DNA from: an uncultured Pseudomonas sp.
Lineage (GTDB): Bacteria; Pseudomonadota; Gammaproteobacteria; Pseudomonadales; Pseudomonadaceae
Direction: 5' to 3'
Length of the DNA stretch: 52,917 nucleotides
Assembly (NCBI GenBank): GCA_964396695.1
Contig: CAYNGZ010000001.1
Coordinates: forward strand, 7,347 to 60,263
How positions within the stretch are numbered: position 1 is the stretch's first letter; each line of letters opens with the position of its first letter. The notes under the pieces were generated by a model. It did not search any database. It was not told the origin of the DNA and was given only the letters and a program-made list of their open reading frames with translations. Position numbers and translations under genes: made by a program. This document shows, one piece after another, positions 31,478 to 41,704 of this stretch.

Positions 31478-32101
31478 TCATTTTTCTTCCAGCACCAGAA
31501 TCAACGCTTCGTCGGCCAGTTGATCGAGGCTCATGCTGCCGTCCGCACGAAACCAGGTGGTGGTCCAGGACAGTGCGCCCGTTAGAAAACGTCGGGTGAT
31601 GGACACGTCGCCGCGAATCAAACCGGCGTCTTTCGCCTCACCCAGCACTTGCAACCAGATCTGCTCGTAGATATCACGCAACGCCAACACCTGAACCTGG
31701 CCTTCTGCGGACAGCGAACGCCATTCATAGACCAGCACCGCCATCGCCTCGCCACTTCCGCCCATGATCGACTGCAATTCGCAGCGGATCAGCGCCAACA
31801 CCCGCTCACGCACGTTGGTCGCCTGCGCCAGGGATGCACGCATCAACGCGGTGTTGTAGCGGATGGTTTCCTCCATCACCGCCCGCAGGATTTCATCCTT
31901 GCTTTTGAAGTGATGAAAAATACTTCCCGACTGAATCCCGACCGCACTGGCCAGGTCACGCACCGTGGTGCGTTCGTAACCCTTGTTGCGAAACAGGTGA
32001 GCGGCCATTTGCAGCAGTTTGCCGCGAGCGCTGTCGGGATCGGTCAGTTGCCCGTTGTCGACCAATTCGCGCATTACCAGTAGGGCTTTTTGCTCGTCCA
32101 C
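31478..32101 (-). CDS. atuR: TetR-family repressor of atu genes
   Basis: HTH TTVRDLASAVGIQSGSIFHHFKSKDEIL; GTG 32101 with RBS aggag; divergent from atuA. Confidence 0.9.
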   Translation of the reverse strand: MDEQKALLVMRELVDNGQLTDPDSARGKLLQMAAHLFRNKGYERTTVRDLASAVGIQSGSIFHHFKSKDEILRAVMEETIRYNTALMRASLAQATNVRERVLALIRCELQSIMGGSGEAMAVLVYEWRSLSAEGQVQVLALRDIYEQIWLQVLGEAKDAGLIRGDVSITRRFLTGALSWTTTWFRADGSMSLDQLADEALILVLEEK

Positions 32102-32188
32102 CCGTTCTCTCCTACAGTCGCTCAATCGAATGTGCGATCAGACCACTGAAACAGTGAGTTGCGCGGGCAATTTAAGCTGACCGGGACG

Positions 32189-32249
32189 ACCGAGCAAGCG
32201 CTTGGGCAGAAGATGTGATCAGTATTTACAAACCAAGCGCTTGCTTGGT
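32189..32249. promoter_or_regulatory. Two palindromic operators (probable AtuR sites)
   Basis: CAAGCGCTTG at 32195-32204 and 32234-32243; the 18-bp sites are inverted copies (16/18). Confidence 0.8.
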
Positions 32250-32280
32250 AGTCTCGACTCACTTCTGTCGGAGGCTTGCA

Positions 32281-34092
32281 ATGAACAAAACCGTTCGTAT
32301 CGGCTGCGCCAGTGCCTTCTGGGGCGACACCTCGACCGCCGCCGCGCAATTGGTCGAAGGCGCCCGGCTGGACTATCTGGTGTTCGACTACCTGGCAGAA
32401 ATCACGATGTCGTTGCTGGCCGGCGCGCGGATGAAAGATCCCCGGGCCGGTTACGCGACCGACTTCGTCGAAGTCCTCAGCCCGCTGCTCACACAACTGT
32501 CCGAACAGCACATCCGCGTGATCAGTAACGCCGGCGGGATCAATCCGCTGGCCTGCGCGGCGGCGCTGCAAGCGGCGTGCGACAAGGCCGGTGTACCCCT
32601 GAAGATCGCAGTGCTGCTGGGCGATGATCTGCAACCACAGTTCAGGCAACTGGCCGCCTGCGGCGTAAAGGAAATGTTCAGCGGTGCGCCCCTGCCGCCG
32701 ATGTGCGTATCCACCAACGCCTACCTCGGCGCCCCCGGCATTGTCGAAGCACTGCGTCTGGGCGCAGACATTGTCATCACCGGCAGAGTGGTCGACAGCG
32801 CGGTAGCCAGCGCGGCATTGGTGCATGAATTCGGCTGGTCGTGGCAGGACTACGACAAACTGGCCCAGGCCGCGCTGGCCGGGCACATCATCGAATGCGG
32901 CGCGCAGTGCACCGGCGGCAACTTCACGGATTGGCAAGAAGTGCCGGACTACGAACACATCGGCTTCCCCATCGTCGAGGTCAGCGCCGACGGCCAGTTC
33001 ATCGTCAGCACACCTGAAGGCTCCGGCGGTTTGGTCACACCGCTGAGCGTCGGCGAGCAACTGCTGTATGAAATCGGCAACCCTCGCGCCTATCTGCTGC
33101 CCGATGTGGTCTGCGATTTCAGCCAGGTCAGACTCCAGCAACGGGGCAAAAACACCGTGCACGTTCACGGTGCCAAAGGCTTGCCGCCCACCCGTCAATA
33201 CAAGGTCAGCGCGACCTGGCTGGACGGCTTTCGCTGCACCGCCAGTTGCCTGATCGCCGGGATCGATGCGGTGGCCAAGGCGCGTCGGGTGAGCCAGGCG
33301 ATCATCGGCAAGACCTCGGAAATGCTCAGCCAGCGCGGCTGGGCGCCTTACAGCGACGTGAACATCGAGCTGCTCGGCGCCGAAGCGACCTATGGTCCTC
33401 ACGGCCAGCGCCAGGACAGCCGCGAGGTGGTGATCAAACTGGCAGTGCGGCATCCGGACAAACAGGCGCTGATCCTGTTTTCCCGGGAAATCGCCCAGGC
33501 CGCCACCGGCATGGCGCCAGGGTTGACCGGAATCGTCGGCGGTCGGCCGACGGTGTACCCGTTGATCCGTCTGTTCTCGTTCCTGATCGACAAAAACACC
33601 TGCGCGCTGGAAGTCGACCTGCAAGGCCAACGCCATCCCTGCGCCCTGCCCGCCCTCGATCATCTCGACGTTGCCGACCTGCCGGTGCCCTTTGATCCGC
33701 CCAAACCCCATGCCCGAGCCGATGCCAGCGTGGCGCTGGTGAAACTTGCGGTGGCGCGCTCCGGTGACAAGGGCAATCACAGCAACATCGGCGTCATGGC
33801 CCGCGCGCCCGAGTACCTGCCGTGGATCGCCGAAGCGCTGACGCCTGCGGTCATCGTCGACTGGATGAGTCACGTTCTCGACCCGATTCACGGGCGGGTC
33901 GAACGCTGGTATTTGCCCGGCACCCACAGCCTGAACTTTCTCCTGGAAAACGCCCTCGGCGGCGGTGGCGTGGCCAGCCTGCGGATCGACCCGCAAGGCA
34001 AGGCGTTCGCCCAGCAACTATTGGAAATCCAGATCCCGGTGCCGCAAAGCATCGCTGACCAGGTCAACCAGAGGACTGAGCCATGCCGTTGA
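32281..34092 (+). CDS. atuA: Acyclic terpene utilization protein AtuA (DUF1446)
   Basis: MNKTVRIGCASAFWGD, FDYLAEITM, GRVVDSA, ECGAQCTGGNF, ARSGDKGN, DPQGKA. Confidence 0.95.
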   Translation: MNKTVRIGCASAFWGDTSTAAAQLVEGARLDYLVFDYLAEITMSLLAGARMKDPRAGYATDFVEVLSPLLTQLSEQHIRVISNAGGINPLACAAALQAACDKAGVPLKIAVLLGDDLQPQFRQLAACGVKEMFSGAPLPPMCVSTNAYLGAPGIVEALRLGADIVITGRVVDSAVASAALVHEFGWSWQDYDKLAQAALAGHIIECGAQCTGGNFTDWQEVPDYEHIGFPIVEVSADGQFIVSTPEGSGGLVTPLSVGEQLLYEIGNPRAYLLPDVVCDFSQVRLQQRGKNTVHVHGAKGLPPTRQYKVSATWLDGFRCTASCLIAGIDAVAKARRVSQAIIGKTSEMLSQRGWAPYSDVNIELLGAEATYGPHGQRQDSREVVIKLAVRHPDKQALILFSREIAQAATGMAPGLTGIVGGRPTVYPLIRLFSFLIDKNTCALEVDLQGQRHPCALPALDHLDVADLPVPFDPPKPHARADASVALVKLAVARSGDKGNHSNIGVMARAPEYLPWIAEALTPAVIVDWMSHVLDPIHGRVERWYLPGTHSLNFLLENALGGGGVASLRIDPQGKAFAQQLLEIQIPVPQSIADQVNQRTEPCR

Positions 34093-35699
34093 TTGAATCG
34101 CAACTCGACACCCACAGCCCGCAGTTCGCACAGAACCGCGCGGCGATGTTGAGCAGCATCGAACAGATCCGTCAGCTGGAACACAACCTGCTGAGCAAGG
34201 CTGCCGAAGCAAAGCCGAAATTCGACAAACGCGGACAACTCCTGCCACGCGAACGCCTGAACCTGCTGCTCGATCCCGGCGCGCCGTTTCTCGAACTGGC
34301 CAGCCTGGCCGGCTACAGACTGCACGACGACAAGGACGGCAGCCAGGCCGGTGGCGGGTTGATCGCCGGGATCGGTTACGTGTCCGGCGTGCGGGTGCTG
34401 GTGGTCGCCAACAACAGCGCGATCAAGGGCGGCACCATTTCCCCCAGCGGCCTGAAAAAATCCCTGCGCCTGCAACAGATCGCCATGGAAAACAAACTGC
34501 CGGTGATCACCCTCGCCGAGAGCGGCGGCGCCAACCTCAATTACGCCGCGGAGATTTTCGTCGAGGGGGCACGCAGCTTCGCCAATCAGGCGCGGATGTC
34601 GGCCATGGGCTTGCCGCAAATCACGGTTGTGCACGGTTCGGCTACCGCCGGCGGCGCTTATCAGCCAGGGCTTTCGGACTACGTGGTGGTGGTGCGCGGT
34701 AAGGCCAAGCTGTTTCTCGCCGGCCCTCCGCTACTCAAAGCCGCCACCGGCGAAGTCGCCACTGACGAGGAACTCGGCGGCGCCGAAATGCACGCTCAAA
34801 CCGCCGGCACTGCCGAATACCTGGCCGAAAACGATGCCGACGGCGTGCGCCTGGTACGCGAAATCGTCAGCCTGTTGCCATGGAATACACGGTTACCCGT
34901 GCGTAGCGCCCCCTCCTGGGACGAACCGCGCTACCCGATCGACGAACTGCTGGGGCTGATTCCGGACGATCCGAAAAAGCCCTACGACGTGCGCGAGATC
35001 ATTGCGCGCATCGCCGATGGCTCGTGCTTTCTCGAGTTCAAGGGCGAGCTCGATCAGCAGACGATTTGCGGCCATTTGCAGATCCAGGGACGGCCCTGCG
35101 GTTTCATCGGCAACAACGGTCCGATCACCCCGCAAGGTGCCAGCAAGGCTGCGCAGTTCATCCAGCTTTGCGACCAGAGCCAGACGCCGCTGCTGTTTTT
35201 CCATAACACCACCGGTTTCATGGTCGGCACCGAGTCGGAACAGCAAGGAGTGATCAAACATGGCGCGAAGATGATTCAGGCCGTGGCCAACGCACGGGTG
35301 CCGAAGCTGACCATCGTGGTCGGCGGCTCTTACGGCGCCGGCAACTATGCAATGTGCGGTCGTGGGCTCGACCCGCGTTTCATCTTCGCCTGGCCCAACA
35401 GCCGCACCGCCGTGATGGGCGGCGCCCAGGCCGGCAAGGTGCTGCGTATTGTCACCGAAGCCAAACAGGCCAAGGACGGTCTGGTCCCGGACCCGAAAAT
35501 GCTCGACACGCTCGAGCAGGTCACCGCGCAGAAACTCGACAGTCAGTCCACCGCACTGTATGGCAGCGCCAACCTGTGGGACGACGGGCTGATCGATCCA
35601 CGGGATACGCGCACCTTGCTCGGCTACCTGCTGGACATCTGCCATGAGGCCGAGGTTCGTCAGTTGCAACCCAACAGTTTTGGTATCGCACGTTTTTGA
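34083..35699 (+). CDS. atuC: Geranyl-CoA carboxylase beta (carboxyltransferase) subunit
   Basis: LLPRERLNLLLDPG, ESGGANL, GSATAGGAY, TGFMVG, GGSYGAGNYAMCGR. Confidence 0.93.
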   Translation: MPLIESQLDTHSPQFAQNRAAMLSSIEQIRQLEHNLLSKAAEAKPKFDKRGQLLPRERLNLLLDPGAPFLELASLAGYRLHDDKDGSQAGGGLIAGIGYVSGVRVLVVANNSAIKGGTISPSGLKKSLRLQQIAMENKLPVITLAESGGANLNYAAEIFVEGARSFANQARMSAMGLPQITVVHGSATAGGAYQPGLSDYVVVVRGKAKLFLAGPPLLKAATGEVATDEELGGAEMHAQTAGTAEYLAENDADGVRLVREIVSLLPWNTRLPVRSAPSWDEPRYPIDELLGLIPDDPKKPYDVREIIARIADGSCFLEFKGELDQQTICGHLQIQGRPCGFIGNNGPITPQGASKAAQFIQLCDQSQTPLLFFHNTTGFMVGTESEQQGVIKHGAKMIQAVANARVPKLTIVVGGSYGAGNYAMCGRGLDPRFIFAWPNSRTAVMGGAQAGKVLRIVTEAKQAKDGLVPDPKMLDTLEQVTAQKLDSQSTALYGSANLWDDGLIDPRDTRTLLGYLLDICHEAEVRQLQPNSFGIARF

Positions 35700-35737
35700 G
35701 GCTCTGATCACCACCAGGTTTAGGGAGAACAATAAAA

Positions 35738-36895
35738 ATGATCTTCACCCAGGAACACGAAGAACTGCGCCGTACCGTCCGTCATTTTGTCGACCGCGAA
35801 ATCAACCCGTACGTCGATGAGTGGGAAAAAGCCGGGCGCTTTCCGATCCACGAGATCTTCCGCAAGGCCGGCGCGCTCGGTCTGCTGGGGATTTCCAAAC
35901 CGGAAAAATTCGGTGGCATGGGCCTGGATTACAGCTATTCGATTGTCGCCGCTGAAGAGTTCGGCACCATCCATTGCGGCGGGATTCCGATGTCGATTGG
36001 CGTGCAGACCGACATGTGCACCCCGGCCCTCGCCCGTTTCGGTTCCGACGAGTTGCGTGAAGAATTCCTCCGTCCGGCGATCACCGGTGAACAGGTCGGC
36101 TGCATCGGCGTCTCGGAAGTCGGTGCCGGCTCTGATGTCGCCGGACTGAAAACCACTGCGCGCAAGGACGGCGACGACTACGTGATCAACGGCAGCAAAA
36201 TGTGGATCACCAACTCACCGAGCGCCGACTTCATCTGTCTGCTGGCCAACACCTCGGACGACAAGGCGCACATCAACAAATCGTTGATCATGGTGCCGAT
36301 GAACAGCCCCGGCATCAGCCTCAGCTCGCCTCTGGACAAACTCGGCATGCGCAGCTCGGAAACCGCCCAGGTGTTTTTCGACAATGTGCGCGTGCCGCAA
36401 CGTAACCGCATCGGCCACGAAGGCGCGGGCTTCATGATGCAAATGCTGCAGTTTCAGGAGGAACGCCTGTTCGGTGCGGCGAACATGATCAAGGGCCTGG
36501 AATACTGCATCGACAGCACGATCGAGTACTGCAAGGAGCGCAAGACGTTCGGCAATGCGCTGATCGACAACCAGGTGATCCACTTCCGCCTCGCCGAGCT
36601 TTCCACCGAAATCGAATGCCTGCGGGCACTGGTCTACCAAGCCACCGAGCAATACGTCAAAGGCCAGGACGTCACGCGCCTGGCGTCGATGGCCAAGCTC
36701 AAGGCCGGGCGGCTGGGCCGGGAAGTCAGCGACAGTTGCCTGCAATACTGGGGCGGCATGGGCTACATGTGGGACAACCCGGTAGCGCGGGCGTATCGCG
36801 ATGTGCGGCTGGTATCGATTGGCGGCGGTGCCGACGAAATCATGCTGGGGATCATCTGCAAATTGATGGGCATCCTGCCCGGGAAGAAAAAATGA
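35738..36895 (+). CDS. atuD: Citronellyl-CoA dehydrogenase (acyl-CoA dehydrogenase)
   Basis: IGVSEVGAGSDV, NGSKMWITN, QYWGGMGY, IGGGADEIM; position in atu cluster. Confidence 0.93.
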   Translation: MIFTQEHEELRRTVRHFVDREINPYVDEWEKAGRFPIHEIFRKAGALGLLGISKPEKFGGMGLDYSYSIVAAEEFGTIHCGGIPMSIGVQTDMCTPALARFGSDELREEFLRPAITGEQVGCIGVSEVGAGSDVAGLKTTARKDGDDYVINGSKMWITNSPSADFICLLANTSDDKAHINKSLIMVPMNSPGISLSSPLDKLGMRSSETAQVFFDNVRVPQRNRIGHEGAGFMMQMLQFQEERLFGAANMIKGLEYCIDSTIEYCKERKTFGNALIDNQVIHFRLAELSTEIECLRALVYQATEQYVKGQDVTRLASMAKLKAGRLGREVSDSCLQYWGGMGYMWDNPVARAYRDVRLVSIGGGADEIMLGIICKLMGILPGKKK

Positions 36896-37689
36896 ATACT
36901 CTGCCCGTTTGCCAGACCCTGCTGCTGGAACCGCACAACGGCGTCCTGCACATCACCTTGAACCGGCCAGACTGCCGCAATGCCATGAGCTTGCAGATGG
37001 TCGCCGAATTGCGCGCGGTACTCGCGGCGGTACGCGGTGACCGGGACATCCGCGCATTGGTGCTTGGCGGTGCCGGCGGCCATTTTTCTGCCGGTGGTGA
37101 CGTGAAAGACATGGCCAATGCCCGTGCTCAAGGCCAGGAGGCTTACCGCGAGTTGAATCGCGCGTTCGGCGCCCTGCTTGAGGAAGCCCAGCACGCGCCG
37201 CAAGTGCTGATCACCGTGTTGCAAGGTGCGGTGCTCGGCGGTGGCTTCGGTCTGGCCTGCGTCAGCGACATTGCACTGACCGACCACAATGCCCAGTTCG
37301 GCTTGCCGGAAACCAGCCTCGGCCTGCTGCCCGCGCAAATCGCACCGTTCGTGGTCCAGCGTATCGGCCTCACTCAGGCACGACGCCTGGCGCTGACCGC
37401 CGCGCGTTTTGACGGCCATGAGGCGCGGCGGCTGGGGCTGGTGCATTTTGTCGAACACGATGCGCAAGCCCTGGCCGAACGCCTGGATGCGGTGCTCGCC
37501 CATGTTCTGTGCTGCGCTCCAGGTGCCAATGCCACGACCAAAGCCCTGCTGCTGGCCAGCACCGAACAGCCGCTGGGGCCGTTGCTCGACCAGTCGGCCG
37601 AGTGGTTCAGCGAAGCCGTGACCGGGGCGGAAGGTGTCGAAGGGACGATGGCCTTCGTGCAAAAACGCAAACCGGGTTGGGCACCTTAA
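36892..37689 (+). CDS. atuE: Isohexenylglutaconyl-CoA hydratase (crotonase family)
   Basis: ATG overlaps atuD stop; LNRPDCRNA, FSAGGD, GGGFGL, PETSLGL. Confidence 0.92.
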   Translation: MNTLPVCQTLLLEPHNGVLHITLNRPDCRNAMSLQMVAELRAVLAAVRGDRDIRALVLGGAGGHFSAGGDVKDMANARAQGQEAYRELNRAFGALLEEAQHAPQVLITVLQGAVLGGGFGLACVSDIALTDHNAQFGLPETSLGLLPAQIAPFVVQRIGLTQARRLALTAARFDGHEARRLGLVHFVEHDAQALAERLDAVLAHVLCCAPGANATTKALLLASTEQPLGPLLDQSAEWFSEAVTGAEGVEGTMAFVQKRKPGWAP

Positions 37690-37694
37690 AAGCA

Positions 37695-37757
37695 TCGCGA
37701 GCAAGCTCGCTCCCACAGGGGAACGAATTTCCAATGTGAGAGCGGGCTTGCTCACGA
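37695..37757. repeat. Inverted REP doublet inside atu operon
   Basis: tcgcgagcaagctcgctcccaca...tgtgagagcgggcttgctcacga. Confidence 0.85.
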
Positions 37758-37798
37758 AGAGGCCCTCAAAAACACCGCAAAATACAAAGGATCACCCC

Positions 37799-39760
37799 AT
37801 GCCCACCTTGCGCAAAATCCTTATCGCCAATCGCGGTGAAATCGCCTGCCGGATCCAGCGCACCGCTCAAGCGCTGGGCTATCGCACGGTGGCGGTATTC
37901 AGCGATGCCGACGCCGACGCTCTGCATGTGCACATGGCGGATGAAGCAGTGAACATCGGCCCGGCTGCCGTTGCGCAGTCCTACCTGAACAGCGCAGCGA
38001 TCATCGACGCGGCATTGCGCAGCGGTGCGGACGCGATCCACCCCGGCTACGGCTTTCTTTCGGAAAACGCTGAATTCGCCACGGCCTGCGCTCGGGCCGG
38101 CCTCACCTTTATCGGTCCAGGTCCTGCTGCCATCGAACTGATGGGCAGCAAACGCTTGTCGAAAATCGCCATGCTCGCCGCTGGTGTGCCGTGCATCGGC
38201 GGTTACCAAGGGGCAGAGCAGGACGACGTCACGCTAAGTCGCGAAGCCGAACGCATCGGCTATCCGCTAATGATCAAGGCCAGCGCCGGTGGCGGTGGGC
38301 GCGGCATGCGCCTGGTGCATAGCGCGGGCGACTTGCTTGAGCAGATCCGCACCGCACGCTCCGAAGCCCTGCATGCGTTCGGCAGTGACGAGTTGATTCT
38401 CGAACAAGCGCTGATCGAACCACGCCACGTCGAGATTCAGTTATTCGGCGATCATCACGGTAATCTGATCTACCTTGGCGAGCGCGACTGTTCGATTCAA
38501 CGTCGCCATCAAAAAGTCATCGAAGAAGCGCCTTGCCCGGTGATGACCGCCGAACTGCGCCAAGCCATGGGCGAAACTGCGTTGAAGGCCGGGCGCGCAG
38601 TGAATTACGTCGGCGCCGGCACTGTGGAGTTCTTGCTCGATGCCCGGGGGCAATTCTATTTTCTGGAGATGAACACCCGCTTGCAGGTCGAGCACCCGGT
38701 AACCGAATTGATTACCGGCCTGGACCTGGTGGCCTGGCAACTGGATATCGCTGCCGGATTGCCATTGCCATTGCGCCAGGAACAGGTCGAACTCAAGGGC
38801 CACGCGATAGAGGTGCGCCTTTACGCCGAAGATCCGGCGCAGGGTTCCCTGCCCCAGACCGGGCGCATTACACGCTGGGAACCAGCCTTGGCGGGCGGCG
38901 TGCGCATCGACCACGGCTTGCTTGAAGGTCAGCAGGTCAGTCCGTTTTACGACCCGCTGCTCGGCAAAATCATCGCCCACGGTGCCACCCGCGAAGAGGC
39001 CCGGCGCAAGTTGCTGCGGGCAGTCGAGGACAGCGCCTTGCTGGGCCTGCAGACCAATCAGCGCTTGCTCACTGGTCTGCTGGAGCATCCACGGTTTATC
39101 TCCGGGAACTTCAACACCGGGTTCATCGAGCAACACTTCACCGATCACCCGAGCCTTCACCCGCACGCGCCCACCGCCGAAGAACTGGCCATCGCCGCTG
39201 CACTGTTCTATCGGCAGTCCGCGGGCGCCCACACGATAGGACTCGCCGGTTGGCGCAACAACGCCAACGCCCCCTTGCAGCAACAGATCGGCCTCGGCGA
39301 CGATCGCTGGCCAACCGAAGTGACCGTGTTGCCCGACAGGCAATTACGCATTCAGGTGGCCGGGAAAACCCTGCAACTGAAGCTCGTCGAAATGAATGAA
39401 CGTTGGGTGACTCTGGAAATCAACGGCATTCGCCGTCGCTATGCCTATCAACTGGCCGCCGGACAACTATGGTTGTTCACCCGCCCCGGCAGCCTGCTGT
39501 TGCAAGACCAGACACTGGCGCCCGCCAGCGGTCAGGTCGGCACCCGCACCGGCACGCTGAAAGCGCCGATGGATGGTGCGATTGTCGACGTGCTGGTCAG
39601 CGAAGGCTCCCGGGTGAGCAAAGGGCAGCTGTTGCTGGTGCTGGAGGCAATGAAAATGGAACATCCGCTCAAGGCCGGTATCGACGGTGTGATTAAACGG
39701 TTGCAGGTCAGCCCCGGCGATCAGGTCAGGAATCGTCAGATTTTATTGGAGGTTGAATAA
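37799..39760 (+). CDS. atuF: Geranyl-CoA carboxylase alpha subunit (biotin carboxylase plus biotin carrier)
   Basis: ILIANRGEIA, HPGYGFLSEN, GGGGRGMR, EMNTRLQVEHP, biotinyl EAMKM; ATG 37799. Confidence 0.95.
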   Translation: MPTLRKILIANRGEIACRIQRTAQALGYRTVAVFSDADADALHVHMADEAVNIGPAAVAQSYLNSAAIIDAALRSGADAIHPGYGFLSENAEFATACARAGLTFIGPGPAAIELMGSKRLSKIAMLAAGVPCIGGYQGAEQDDVTLSREAERIGYPLMIKASAGGGGRGMRLVHSAGDLLEQIRTARSEALHAFGSDELILEQALIEPRHVEIQLFGDHHGNLIYLGERDCSIQRRHQKVIEEAPCPVMTAELRQAMGETALKAGRAVNYVGAGTVEFLLDARGQFYFLEMNTRLQVEHPVTELITGLDLVAWQLDIAAGLPLPLRQEQVELKGHAIEVRLYAEDPAQGSLPQTGRITRWEPALAGGVRIDHGLLEGQQVSPFYDPLLGKIIAHGATREEARRKLLRAVEDSALLGLQTNQRLLTGLLEHPRFISGNFNTGFIEQHFTDHPSLHPHAPTAEELAIAAALFYRQSAGAHTIGLAGWRNNANAPLQQQIGLGDDRWPTEVTVLPDRQLRIQVAGKTLQLKLVEMNERWVTLEINGIRRRYAYQLAAGQLWLFTRPGSLLLQDQTLAPASGQVGTRTGTLKAPMDGAIVDVLVSEGSRVSKGQLLLVLEAMKMEHPLKAGIDGVIKRLQVSPGDQVRNRQILLEVE

Positions 39761-39830
39761 GCCGCTAGGCGGATCCGTCGCGGTTGGCTACGCTGAGCCT
39801 CATCAGGACGCGGACACCAGGAAACCTGCG

Positions 39831-40370
39831 ATGCCTCATTGGCTGGTAATTGATCTCGAAGCGACAACTGATGACGGTGGCTGGCCCGTGACCGAGATGG
39901 AAATCATCGAAATCGGCGCCACCCTGGTCAATCGCGAGGGCCGCGAACTGGACTCTTTCCAGCGCTTTGTCCGGCCCCAGCGACGGCCGCTGCTGACGCC
40001 CTTCTGTCGCGAGCTGACCCACATCACCCAGGCCAATATTGACGCTGCCCAGCCATTGACCGACGTCTGGCCGCAGTTCGAGCGCTGGCTCGGCCAGCAT
40101 CACACACGCCTCGAGGGCTGGGCCAGCTGGGGCGATTACGACCGCCAACAACTGCTTCAGGAGTGGCATCGCCTGCAACTCGACAGCGCCCTGAGCCGAG
40201 TGCCTCACATGAACCTCAAGCAGCGCTTCGCCAAGGCCCGCCGACTGGAGCGGCCGCTGGGGCTCAACGGCGCCCTGCAACTGGCGGGCCTGCAATTTAC
40301 CGGTCAACAGCACCGGGCACTGGAGGATGCACGTAATACCGCACGCCTGTTGCCGCTGGTTCTTCCTTGA
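39831..40370 (+). CDS. DEDDh 3'-5' exonuclease (ERI-1/KapD-like)
   Basis: VIDLEAT, EIIEIGA, WGDYD, HRALEDA. Confidence 0.9.
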   Translation: MPHWLVIDLEATTDDGGWPVTEMEIIEIGATLVNREGRELDSFQRFVRPQRRPLLTPFCRELTHITQANIDAAQPLTDVWPQFERWLGQHHTRLEGWASWGDYDRQQLLQEWHRLQLDSALSRVPHMNLKQRFAKARRLERPLGLNGALQLAGLQFTGQQHRALEDARNTARLLPLVLP

Positions 40371-40443
40371 GTGCAACAGGTGACGGGCGAAAAGGCCTTG
40401 TGCATACTGGCCGGCCTTTTTAGCCCATTTCGAGGAATCGCCC

Positions 40444-40728
40444 ATGTTTAAAGTCAACGAGTACTTCGACGGCACCGTCAAGTCGATTGCTTTCGGCACC
40501 GCTGAAGGCCCGGCCACTATCGGCGTCATGGCACCGGGCGAATACGAATTCGGCACCAGCCAGCGTGAGATCATGCACGTGGTTTCCGGCGCCCTGACCG
40601 TGAAGTTGCCTGACAGCAGCGACTGGGAAACCTTCGCCGCCGGCAGCCAGTTCAACGTACCGGCCAACAGCAAGTTCCAGCTGAAAGTCGCTGTCGACAC
40701 CGCTTACCTGTGCGAATACCGCGGCTAA
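40444..40728 (+). CDS. ppnP: Pyrimidine/purine nucleoside phosphorylase
   Basis: [15 protein letters not shown]...[12 protein letters not shown]...YLCEY. Confidence 0.93.
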   Translation: MFKVNEYFDGTVKSIAFGTAEGPATIGVMAPGEYEFGTSQREIMHVVSGALTVKLPDSSDWETFAAGSQFNVPANSKFQLKVAVDTAYLCEYRG

Positions 40729-40744
40729 GCGTTTCACCGCGATA

Positions 40745-40778
40745 AAAAATGCCCATGTCGAAGGACATGGGCATTTTT
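40745..40778. terminator. Bidirectional intrinsic terminator
   Basis: aaaaatgcccatgtc-gaag-gacatgggcattttt between convergent ppnP and MOSC gene. Confidence 0.9.
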
Positions 40779-40796
40779 CATTCAGGCGCTACAGCG

Positions 40797-41603
40797 TCAT
40801 TCGAGAATCTCTACCGGCATGCCGACTTCCAGCCGGCCATTGCCATCGTTGACCAGATTCTGGCCAAACATCGCGCCATCCTCTTGCGCACGGTATTTCT
40901 GCAGCGTTGCCAGGGGTTCGCGGTCGTCGCTGCGCTCACCGGTCTGCGGGTCGATGGTGGTGAGGATGCAGCGTGCACACGACTTGACCACACGAAACTC
41001 GACATCGCCAATGCGAATGCGCTTCCAGCCATCTTCGGCAAACGCCTCGCTGCCCTCGATCACCAGATTCGGCCGAAAACGCAGCATCTCCAGTGGGCGG
41101 CCGACCCGTTGCGACAAGTCCTCAAGCGAAGCCTGGCCAATCAACAGCAGCGGAAAACCATCGGCAAAGGCGACTTTATCGTCATCCTTGCCATAGCCGG
41201 CCTGGGTGATACGGGCCAGCGCCTCGGGCACCTGCACCAGCCGGGTAGGCTTGCCGATGAATTCACTGACCCAGGCACCCGCTGCATCACCCGCATCAGG
41301 AACCCGCAAGGTATCGCGCCAGATGGTCACCCCACGCAGGTCTGCATCGCTGGCAGGCAGTGCGATATCGATCGGTGAGCGACCGGGTGCACTGAGCGTC
41401 AGGCCGCCGGCGGCATTCCATAACGCCGACAACTGGCTCATGTCCGATACCGCACGTTGCGTCAGAAAGCGTCCGCTGGCCTCGTCCACCAGCATCCAGC
41501 GTCGATCCCCCACCAGCCCCAGTTTGTCCAGGCTGACCTGTTGCAGGGTTTCGCCCTTGCCGGACTTGAGTGGATAACGGTAAAGCGCGCTCAGACGCAA
41601 CAT
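40797..41603 (-). CDS. MOSC-domain molybdoprotein (YcbX/mARC-like)
   Basis: LYRYPLKS, GDRRWML, FADGFP, RFRPNLVI, CARCILTTIDP, FGQN; ATG 41603. Confidence 0.9.
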   Translation of the reverse strand: MLRLSALYRYPLKSGKGETLQQVSLDKLGLVGDRRWMLVDEASGRFLTQRAVSDMSQLSALWNAAGGLTLSAPGRSPIDIALPASDADLRGVTIWRDTLRVPDAGDAAGAWVSEFIGKPTRLVQVPEALARITQAGYGKDDDKVAFADGFPLLLIGQASLEDLSQRVGRPLEMLRFRPNLVIEGSEAFAEDGWKRIRIGDVEFRVVKSCARCILTTIDPQTGERSDDREPLATLQKYRAQEDGAMFGQNLVNDGNGRLEVGMPVEILE

Positions 41604-41665
41604 GGCCTGCTCCCTGGTGGGCAAAAGCGCCACGATATACGAGCCGGCTGACGAATCAAAGAAGC

Positions 41666-41700
41666 ACGTCACAGGCAGGCACTACGCCTGCCCGTGATGT
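41666..41700. terminator. Hairpin just downstream of cheV
   Basis: acgtcacaggcaggc-actac-gcctgcccgtgatgt, 13/15 paired; no strong U tail. Confidence 0.45.
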
Positions 41701-41704
41701 TCCG

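Noticed and set aside
32122-34017. 631-aa minus-strand ORF and many other overlapping ORFs in the track
   Set aside because: Antisense or alternate-frame shadows of well-supported genes
15341-37757. Recurring palindromic repeats as a possible CRISPR array or IS ends
   Set aside because: Isolated intergenic inverted doublets typical of Pseudomonas REPs; no regular spacers, cas genes or transposase
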